The translations under genes were made by a program, and so were the position numbers. Shown piece after piece: positions 7,859-14,968 of a stretch of DNA of 20,172 nucleotides (position 1 is its first letter; every line of letters starts with the position of its first letter). The notes under the pieces were generated by a model. That model searched no databases. It was not told where the DNA came from and saw nothing but the letters and a program-made list of their open reading frames with translations. The stretch spans positions 1 through 20,172 of the forward strand of contig JBCCQQ010000086.1 in NCBI GenBank assembly GCA_039024555.1, written 5' to 3'. Source of the stretch: Cyanobacteria bacterium P01_D01_bin.156 (GTDB taxonomy: Bacteria; Cyanobacteriota; Cyanobacteriia; Phormidesmidales; Phormidesmidaceae).

Positions 7859-10342
7859 ATGACATTGGTCATGCCTATGGATAATTTTTGGGATGTTTTT
7901 ATATCATATGGGCGTGCAGACAGTAGAGAATTTGCCGTTAAACTCAGCCAGCAACTGTCATCGGCACAAGTAAACGTTTGGATTGATATTAACGATATTC
8001 CCCTCGGCGTAGACTACCAAGTACAGATTGATCGCGATATTGAAAGTGCTGACAATTTTCTCTTTATTATTTCGCCCCACTCGGTCAACTCTCCCTATTG
8101 CGCCTTAGAAATTGAGCACGCCCTGCGCTGCAATAAGCGAATTATTCCACTACTACATGTGGAACAGATTACATTTGAAACCTGGCAGCAGCGTTATCCA
8201 GAGGGTACTGATGCCGAGTGGCAAGCGTTTGTAGCAGCTGGGAAACAGACAATTTCTGTTAATATACATCCCGCCATTCGCAAAATTAACTGGGTGTACT
8301 GTCGTGAGGGGATCGATAGTTTTGACCAGGCGGTTGCTGGAGTGCTGGAGCTAATGGCTCGAGATCGCACCTATGTGCGACACCACACTCATTCGCTACT
8401 CAAAGCATTGGCATGGCAGCGCCATCAAAAGCAGACAGAATTTTTGCTAATAGAAGAAGCGCGACAGCAGGCGCAACGGTGGCTAAAAACTCAGTTCAAG
8501 GGACAGCAGCCCCCCTGTTTACCCACTGACCTACAGTGCGAATTTATTACTGAAAGCCTTAAGTACGGCGACAATTTAATGTCTCAGGTCTTCCTGGCCT
8601 ACGCTGAGGAAGATAAGACCATAATGGAACAGATTCAGCGGTTTCTGAGACGTCAGGGAATTACAGTCTGGACAAATACCACCTGCGTTCAAACTGGCAG
8701 CGATTTCTCTGAAGCCATTGATCGAGGCATTGAAGCCGCTGATAATCTGGTCTACCTGTTGTCAACGGCAGCCCTAAATTCTCCCTGGTGTCAGCATGAA
8801 CTCAACTATGCCCTGGCATTAAATAAGCGAATTATTCCTATCCAGGTAAGCACCACTGCAGGATTTTCACCAGAATTGCAGAATTTACAGCACATTGCTC
8901 TAACGCAGGAGACTCCTCTGGAAGATACGGATTTTCTTAAAATCCTTAAGCAAGAGGAAGTGTACCATCGAGAACACAAGCTACTGTTAACCAAAGCGCT
9001 GAAGTGGCAGCAACAAAATCGCAATCCTAGTATTTTATTGCGGGGCTATAATCTACGCCATTCAGAAGCCTGGTTGAAAGTTGCTGACAAACAAGGGCAA
9101 TTTTCGCCAATACCACTCCAAATAGAATTTATTGCAACAAGCTTACAACACCCAGCAGAGAGTTCGTTAGATGTATTCATCTCTTACTCTAGAGTGAACT
9201 CTGAATTTGCACGTCAGTTAAATGATGCGTTGCAAACTCAGGGTAAAACCACCTGGTTTGACCAAGAAAGTATTGCTTCTGGATCTGACTTTCAACAGGA
9301 GATTTTTTCTGGCATTGAAAACTCTGACAACTTTCTGTTTGTAATTTCTCCAAGTTCAGTAAGCTCTCCCTACTGTGCTGAGGAGGTTAACTATGCGGCG
9401 AGCTTAAACAAGCGGATTGTGACTGTTCTGTATCAGCAAGTGGAATATGAGACTTTACCAGACGCTCTCAAAACTCTACAGTGGATTGATTTTAGAAACC
9501 ATCGGGGGGATTTTTATACTCACTTTGGTGAACTGGTAAGAACTTTAGATACCGATCGAGAGCATGTACACCAGCACACCCGCTGGTATCAGCGGGCTAT
9601 TGATTGGCAGCAAAAGGGCAAAAGTCAGGATTTATTACTGCGGGGTAGTGAGTTTGCGATCGCAAACGACTGGCTACAGATAGCTCAACAGAAACAACCA
9701 CCGCCAACGGCCCTCCAGCAAGCCTTTATACAGACTAGTGAAGCCAGCATTAAAGCCGCTGCAGAACGGGAAAACCAGCAAAAAGTCGTGTTGCGATCGC
9801 TGTTGGGGCTTATGAGTATTGCCTTTTTCACAGCCACAGGTCTGGGTGTGTGGGCCTTTTCCCTATGGCGACAGTCAGAGATGGCCCAGTTAGAGACACT
9901 GACCAGAACCGCCAAGGCACTTTTTCTAGCCGATCAAAAGCCAGACGCCCTAGTTACTGCCGTAAAAGCAGGACAGCAGTTACCTAGAATTCCTAGAGCG
10001 GATCAGGCCCCCGTACTCAGTGCTTTACAACAAGTTGTGTATGGCATTCGTGAGCTACGACAGCTAAACGGCCATGGGGACCGGGTCAACAGTGTGGCCT
10101 TTGCCCCAGATGGTCAAGTGTTTGCCACTGCCAGCGACGACAATATTGTCAAAATCTGGACCCGGGACGGAACCCTAATTCAGGCAATAACCGACCATCA
10201 AGACCGAGTAAACCAGGTCACATTTAGCCCCGATGGTCAGTTTTTTGCCACTGCCAGTGCAGCAATTCTCAGTATGAGATTTTTGTCCCGAAATTGGATC
10301 CTAATGCTCAGTTATCTGAACGAGGAATCAGGCTTTCAGTAA
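7859..10342 (+). CDS. N-terminal fragment: three TIR domains, TM helix, first ~2 WD40 repeats; terminates inside the MITE
   Basis: TIR motifs DVFISY..YCALEI, QVFLAY..WCQHEL, DVFISY..YCAEEV. Hydrophobic segment LLGLMSIAFFTATGLGVWAFSLW. The last ~27 residues are MITE-derived. Confidence 0.7.
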   Translation: MTLVMPMDNFWDVFISYGRADSREFAVKLSQQLSSAQVNVWIDINDIPLGVDYQVQIDRDIESADNFLFIISPHSVNSPYCALEIEHALRCNKRIIPLLHVEQITFETWQQRYPEGTDAEWQAFVAAGKQTISVNIHPAIRKINWVYCREGIDSFDQAVAGVLELMARDRTYVRHHTHSLLKALAWQRHQKQTEFLLIEEARQQAQRWLKTQFKGQQPPCLPTDLQCEFITESLKYGDNLMSQVFLAYAEEDKTIMEQIQRFLRRQGITVWTNTTCVQTGSDFSEAIDRGIEAADNLVYLLSTAALNSPWCQHELNYALALNKRIIPIQVSTTAGFSPELQNLQHIALTQETPLEDTDFLKILKQEEVYHREHKLLLTKALKWQQQNRNPSILLRGYNLRHSEAWLKVADKQGQFSPIPLQIEFIATSLQHPAESSLDVFISYSRVNSEFARQLNDALQTQGKTTWFDQESIASGSDFQQEIFSGIENSDNFLFVISPSSVSSPYCAEEVNYAASLNKRIVTVLYQQVEYETLPDALKTLQWIDFRNHRGDFYTHFGELVRTLDTDREHVHQHTRWYQRAIDWQQKGKSQDLLLRGSEFAIANDWLQIAQQKQPPPTALQQAFIQTSEASIKAAAERENQQKVVLRSLLGLMSIAFFTATGLGVWAFSLWRQSEMAQLETLTRTAKALFLADQKPDALVTAVKAGQQLPRIPRADQAPVLSALQQVVYGIRELRQLNGHGDRVNSVAFAPDGQVFATASDDNIVKIWTRDGTLIQAITDHQDRVNQVTFSPDGQFFATASAAILSMRFLSRNWILMLSYLNEESGFQ

Positions 10343-10401
10343 ATTGCCATTCTCAAAAATCAGGGTTTTACAGACCAATATTGTCATACTGAGAATTGCT
10401 G
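10260..10401. mobile_element. 142-bp MITE (non-autonomous IS derivative) with 18-bp perfect TIRs and 9-bp TSD
   Basis: CAGCAATTCTCAGTATGA (10260-10277) is the exact reverse complement of TCATACTGAGAATTGCTG (10384-10401). The direct repeat CTGCCAGTG flanks it at 10251-10259 and 10402-10410. No transposase inside. Confidence 0.95.
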
Positions 10402-12083
10402 CTGCCAGTGCCGATGGTAGCGCCAAGCTCTGGACTAGAGATGGCCTGCTAGTGCACACTCTCCGGGGACATCGAGGAGAAGTTAAAAGCGTTGTCTTTA
10501 ATTCCGATCCGCAGACAAACGCCCCCGTCTTAGCAACCGCTGATGTTGAAGGCAGTATCTATCTATGGAATCAGAATGGCCAGATCATAAACATCTTTCA
10601 AGCCCATCAAACATCGATTAATCGCTTAGTCTTTAGCCCTGCTCCTACCGGAGAACAGATAGAGAAAAACAGACTCACACTCGCCAGTGCCAGCGACGAT
10701 AGCACCGCCAAACTATGGACTCTAGATGGGAATTTACTGCAAACCCTCAGCGGTCACGGAAGTGCTGTCCAAGACATTACCTTTAGTCCCGACGGAGCGG
10801 TTATCGCCACCGTTAGCGATGATAAAGTCACCAAGATATGGAACCGTAATGGTCAAGAACAGCAAGCCTTAATTGGCCACAGTGCCCCTGTCAACAGTGT
10901 TGCTTTTTCCCATGATGGGGAGGTAATAGCTACCGCCAGCGATGACCGTACAGTGAGACTTTGGAGCCGAGAGGGAGAAACTCTACAAACCCTTAGCGGT
11001 CACCTCACCGAGGTTAAGGATGTCGCTTTTGCCCCCGATGGTCAAACCATTGCCACCACCAGCAATGACAACACGATTAAACTCTGGGAACTCACAGGAG
11101 ATCAACTACCCAGCTTTAAAGGCCATACAGATTGGGTGGTGAGTGTTGCCTTTAGTCCCGACGGTCAGACTATCGCCACCGCCAGTGGAGATAACACCGT
11201 CAAACTGTGGAACCGCCAGGGAAAAACTCTGCGGACCTTTACCGGGCATACAGATTGGGTCAATGAAGTGACTTTTAGCCCGGATGGTGCGACCATTGCC
11301 ACCGCCAGTAATGATAACACTGCTAAACTTTGGACCCTGCAAGGTCAAACCATCGCCACCCTGAGGGGGCATCAAGATCAAGTTAGTAGCGTCGCCTTTA
11401 GCCCGGATGGTCAAACCATTGCCACTGCCAGTGCCGACCAAACCATTAAGCTTTGGGACCGACAAGGCAATGAACGTCAGATGTTCACAGGCAATAACAG
11501 CTGGGTCAGAAGTGTTAACTTTAGTCCCGATGGTGACACCATTGCCTCCTCCTATGCTGATGGCGCGGTTAAGCTTTGGAACCGTGATGGCACAGTGTCA
11601 AAAACCCTCTTGGGTCACGATGACTGGGTTAGAGAAGTCATCTTTAGCCCCGATGGCCAAACCATCGCCACCGCCAGTGCCGACAACACCATTAAACTTT
11701 GGCACCGCAACGGTGACCTCCTACAAACCCTCTATGGTCATAACTATTGGGTTATCGGTGTTGCCTTTGCACCCGATGGCCAAACCATTGCCACCGCCAG
11801 TGCCGACAACACCATTAAACTTTGGCACCGTAACGGTGACCTCCTACAAACCCTCTATGGTCACAAAAACTGGGTTGTCGATATCGCCTTTAGCCCCAAC
11901 GGTCAGACCCTAGCATCTGCCAGTGGAGATAAAACAGTCATTCTGTGGAATCTCGATGACTTTACCTTAGAATCGCTCATTGCCAGGGGATGTCGCTGGC
12001 TGACCGACTACAGTCGCGACAGTGACGATACCACAATGACTAAAGTCACGGATCTCTGCCAGCACGAAATATTAGACCAATGA
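10344..12083 (+). CDS. C-terminal fragment: 12 complete WD40 repeats (TTG start lies within the MITE)
   Basis: Regular 41-aa GH...FSPDG..IATAS.D.T.KLW repeats. The first ~19 residues are encoded by MITE sequence. Confidence 0.5.
   Translation: MPFSKIRVLQTNIVILRIAAASADGSAKLWTRDGLLVHTLRGHRGEVKSVVFNSDPQTNAPVLATADVEGSIYLWNQNGQIINIFQAHQTSINRLVFSPAPTGEQIEKNRLTLASASDDSTAKLWTLDGNLLQTLSGHGSAVQDITFSPDGAVIATVSDDKVTKIWNRNGQEQQALIGHSAPVNSVAFSHDGEVIATASDDRTVRLWSREGETLQTLSGHLTEVKDVAFAPDGQTIATTSNDNTIKLWELTGDQLPSFKGHTDWVVSVAFSPDGQTIATASGDNTVKLWNRQGKTLRTFTGHTDWVNEVTFSPDGATIATASNDNTAKLWTLQGQTIATLRGHQDQVSSVAFSPDGQTIATASADQTIKLWDRQGNERQMFTGNNSWVRSVNFSPDGDTIASSYADGAVKLWNRDGTVSKTLLGHDDWVREVIFSPDGQTIATASADNTIKLWHRNGDLLQTLYGHNYWVIGVAFAPDGQTIATASADNTIKLWHRNGDLLQTLYGHKNWVVDIAFSPNGQTLASASGDKTVILWNLDDFTLESLIARGCRWLTDYSRDSDDTTMTKVTDLCQHEILDQ
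11649..11863 (+). repeat. Near-identical tandem duplication of a WD40 repeat (123-bp period)
   Basis: 11649-11740 and 11772-11863 are identical at 90/92 nt, and both differences are synonymous (ATC/ATT, CGC/CGT). Confidence 0.9.
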
Positions 12084-12099
12084 GATAACTAGATAGGCA

Positions 12100-13125
12100 T
12101 TAGATCTTGCTTACAACGCTCGATGGTAGTTCTTCCCCTTGATACTCACGAGTGGGGGCTTCAAAGCCGCAGGATGTACCGTCGGTATAGACCACCTCAT
12201 CTTCCCAGGGCAGGCGATAGTTACCGGCCACCATATCTTTCATATAGGTATAGGGGCAATCCTGGGCACCTCCTTTGACCGCTACATAGCCCCGGTGACC
12301 AAACTGGTAAATATTGTTCTCAACCGACCAGTGCTGACGGGCCTCGCGCACTAAATCAGGTCGCACTTCAGCGGTGATAATCTCGTCCGGGCGATGGCTG
12401 CCCATTACTAGGGGCTCACCATCAAAGTCAACGATCATGCCCTCACCCATGGAGTCAAAGGTGCCATCGGTACCACACATACATACGGATGCTGTGACTA
12501 TCAGATTACAAAAGGCATTGGCTTGATTTGTGACGCGCCAGCTGTGGCGAATAGGGGCTGTATAGCCTGCGGTGCGGATCATAATCTCAGCTCCCTTGTA
12601 GGCGCATTCTCTTGCCATTTCAGGAAACATACCATCGTGGCAAATGATCAGCGCCAGCTTACTGCCGTTGGGACCATCACACACAGGAATACCAATATTT
12701 CCCGGTTCCCAGGGTTCCACCGGCACCCAAGGATGGAGTTTGCGGTAGTAAAGCTTTAATTCTCCTGTGTCATCAATAATGATGCCGCTGTTGTAGGGAT
12801 TGCCATTGGGGTTGTATTCCATAATCGAAAAACAGCCCCAGATTTGATTATCAATACAAGCCTGACGGAATGCGGCCACTTCTGGCCCGTCTAGCTTGCA
12901 CATAATGTCAGGGTTGGTATCCATGGACAGACCATGGAGCGAATACTCGGGAAAGACAACCAAATCCATAGTAGGCATATTACGACGGGCTTTAGCCACC
13001 ATGTCGCAAATACGCTTGGTTTGAGCAGCCAGGTCATCTGGGGTAACAACATTGGGTAGCTGTAATTGGACCATACCCATAACAACCCCGTTTGGCGTTT
13101 TATTTAGACCACCCAAGCCACTCAT
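12100..13125 (-). CDS. amiF: Formamidase (nitrilase/aliphatic amidase superfamily)
   Basis: E-K-C triad: VFPEY, YRKLHPW, IICHDG (CHDG is the formamidase-type motif, versus CDDG in AmiE). FPEMARECAYKGAE also present. GAGGA RBS upstream. Confidence 0.85.
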   Translation of the reverse strand: MSGLGGLNKTPNGVVMGMVQLQLPNVVTPDDLAAQTKRICDMVAKARRNMPTMDLVVFPEYSLHGLSMDTNPDIMCKLDGPEVAAFRQACIDNQIWGCFSIMEYNPNGNPYNSGIIIDDTGELKLYYRKLHPWVPVEPWEPGNIGIPVCDGPNGSKLALIICHDGMFPEMARECAYKGAEIMIRTAGYTAPIRHSWRVTNQANAFCNLIVTASVCMCGTDGTFDSMGEGMIVDFDGEPLVMGSHRPDEIITAEVRPDLVREARQHWSVENNIYQFGHRGYVAVKGGAQDCPYTYMKDMVAGNYRLPWEDEVVYTDGTSCGFEAPTREYQGEELPSSVVSKI

Positions 13126-13156
13126 TAAACTATCCTCTGTATATTGATTTCACTAA

Positions 13157-13200
13157 AATCTAAGACAAAATATTTACTAAAAACTGTACCTTTTGCTGCA
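13157..13200 (-). promoter_or_regulatory. Possible NtcA-type promoter for the formamidase
   Basis: The minus strand reads TGCA-N8-TACA (13200-13185; one mismatch to TGTA-N8-TACA), then TAGATT (TAN3T) 23 nt after the TAC. The mismatch is at a conserved position. Confidence 0.3.
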
Positions 13201-13364
13201 AGTTAATTAGATTGTAATGATGTGATAACTTTGTAACCCCACATAGGTCACTGAAAAGTGTGTTAAAAGTTTGGCTTACACCTATACCTCCTCAGCTAAA
13301 AAAACTGGTTAATTTGTGTAAATGCCTAACGTTGGAAAGTTTCTACCGTTTTTTCTTATGACCT

Positions 13365-14156
13365 ATGCCATATTTCTCTTTCTTACGATATCTGGTTAGC
13401 GCAATTATAGGTTTTGCGCTCTTAATGTCTCTATCTAGCTGCACGGTCATCGACTCTTTAGTCCAAATAGGAGAACGAGGGGGCTATGTTTTTGATGTGC
13501 ATTTCACTGTGATTACAAGCAACCCTAACGCTATCGCACGGGCTACCGAAGAACAACTTGAAGAAGAAGTTAGTATTCTTAACAGATATTTCGTTACAGA
13601 GAACAGAGAGAACATTGTAGCGTTTGTCTTTAAGTCGACCACGCTCTATGCAGATGCACAGTTATCCAACTGCGACTTAGTACAGATGTCTAATGCAGGT
13701 ATCGCATACGAATCAAATGATTGGGAAGATGCCATTGATGCCTGTAGCGACCCTTCTATTGTGGACCCCAATGCTATTAATTTCTTTGTATACGATGATT
13801 ATGCAACCAATGATGATTATGCAACCAATGGATATACCAGTATCACAAGCCGAGGACGCCTCAATGGATACTATCCCTATGTGATACTCGATTGGGAAAG
13901 GTTAAATCACACAACACAAAGTCCGGAAGAGCATGAGATGGGCCATGCCTTTGGGCTTGATCATGTTTGTAATCCCACGGCAATCGACACTACCTCAACG
14001 AATATTATGGCTACAGCAGGAAAATACCCGAGCGCAACAGGCGAAGATGTAGACTGCGAGGGTCAAGGTGGCCTAAGAGATATCGGATTCAACTCAGAGC
14101 AAGAAACAACAATACTCGCTAACGCAGCACAAATAGAGACTACGCTAGCTCCGTAA
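13365..14156 (+). CDS. Lipoprotein zinc metalloprotease (metzincin, M43-like)
   Basis: Signal peptide with lipobox-like LSSC. HEMGHAFGLDH (HExxHxxGxxH) and a Met-turn-like TNIMA. Confidence 0.8.
   Translation: MPYFSFLRYLVSAIIGFALLMSLSSCTVIDSLVQIGERGGYVFDVHFTVITSNPNAIARATEEQLEEEVSILNRYFVTENRENIVAFVFKSTTLYADAQLSNCDLVQMSNAGIAYESNDWEDAIDACSDPSIVDPNAINFFVYDDYATNDDYATNGYTSITSRGRLNGYYPYVILDWERLNHTTQSPEEHEMGHAFGLDHVCNPTAIDTTSTNIMATAGKYPSATGEDVDCEGQGGLRDIGFNSEQETTILANAAQIETTLAP
13794..13829 (+). repeat. Perfect 18-bp in-frame tandem duplication (DDYATN x2)
   Basis: GATGATTATGCAACCAAT at 13794-13811 and 13812-13829. Confidence 0.9.
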
Positions 14157-14212
14157 AGTTCATATTGTCAGCTTCACAAGAGGCCGGCAAACTCAAGTCC
14201 ATTATTAGCACA

Positions 14213-14277
14213 TGTGATTAATTACACAGCATAGAGCAAATTTTGTAGGCATTCTATCTCTACAAAAGGTTCCTTTT
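14213..14277. promoter_or_regulatory. Cluster of palindromes upstream of the response regulator
   Basis: TGTGATTAATTACA (14213-14226, near-palindrome), TTTTGTAG-N11-CTACAAAA (14241-14267) and AAAAGG-TT-CCTTTT (14264-14277). Function unknown. Confidence 0.3.
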
Positions 14278-14296
14278 ATTTTGAGAGAAATAGGTC

Positions 14297-14968
14297 ATGC
14301 GTCTTCTGTTGGTTGAGGATGATAGTCAGCTTGCAGAGTCTTTAACGGAGGTGTTAGAGGCCCAGCGCTACGTGGTGGACACCGTTAAGGATGGCGAGTC
14401 GGGCTGGAGTCAGATGCAGCTGATGGACTACGACCTAACGCTGATGGATGTAACACTGCCCTATCTCGATGGAATTCAGCTATGCCAGCGGCTACGTAAC
14501 CATGGCTATGGTTTACCTGTGTTAATGCTCACCGCGCGGGATACCAGCCAAGATAAAGTGCGGGGTTTAGATTCCGGTGCCGATGCCTATATGGTGAAGC
14601 CGTTTAATTTGTCTGAGCTGTTGGCTCAAATTCGTGCCTTGTTGCGGCGGGGTAGTTCCCAGTCGGTGACGGCCCTGGTTTGGGAGAAACTTAGCTTAGA
14701 CCCAACTACTTACGAAGTAAGCTACGACCGGCAGCTGTTGCGCCTGACACCAAAGGAATTTTCTATCTTGGAGCTACTCATGCGCAATGGCCGCAGAGTT
14801 CTGAGTCGTTCATTTATTTTAGAGTCTCTTTGGTCAATGAAAAGCCCACCGGATGAAGAGACGGTTAAAGCCCACATTAAGGGTCTACGCAACAAATTAA
14901 AGGCCGTAGGTGCACCTAAAACACTGATTGAAACCGTTCACGGTGTAGGCTACCGACTGCATGCCTAA
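14297..14968 (+). CDS. OmpR/PhoB-family response regulator
   Basis: LLVEDD, phosphoacceptor in LMDVTLP, LTA and KPF. Winged-helix LTPKEFSILELL...HIKGLRNKL...IETVHGVGYRL. Confidence 0.95.
   Translation: MRLLLVEDDSQLAESLTEVLEAQRYVVDTVKDGESGWSQMQLMDYDLTLMDVTLPYLDGIQLCQRLRNHGYGLPVLMLTARDTSQDKVRGLDSGADAYMVKPFNLSELLAQIRALLRRGSSQSVTALVWEKLSLDPTTYEVSYDRQLLRLTPKEFSILELLMRNGRRVLSRSFILESLWSMKSPPDEETVKAHIKGLRNKLKAVGAPKTLIETVHGVGYRLHA

Larger units (their letters stand above)
7859..12083 (+). pseudogene. Triple-TIR + transmembrane + 14xWD40 protein gene, interrupted by a MITE (reconstructed 1357 aa)
   Basis: Deleting 10260-10410 (151 nt) joins the two ORFs in frame (FFATAS-ADGSAKLW, a canonical WD40 blade). 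The result is 4074 nt = 1357 aa + stop. Confidence 0.9.

Noticed and set aside
11030..11900. Periodic repeats as a CRISPR array or DGR template/variable pair
   Set aside because: The 123-nt period equals the 41-aa WD40 unit within an ORF. The differences are synonymous C/T changes rather than adenine-specific, and there is no cas or reverse transcriptase gene.
10344..12083. Treating the 579-aa WD40 ORF as an independent native gene, or the split as a sequencing frameshift
   Set aside because: Its start lies in MITE sequence, and the terminal inverted repeats plus target duplication fully explain the split.
13233..13246. Second NtcA-like site GTA-N8-TAG
   Set aside because: Mismatched, and it has no correctly spaced -10 element toward amiF.
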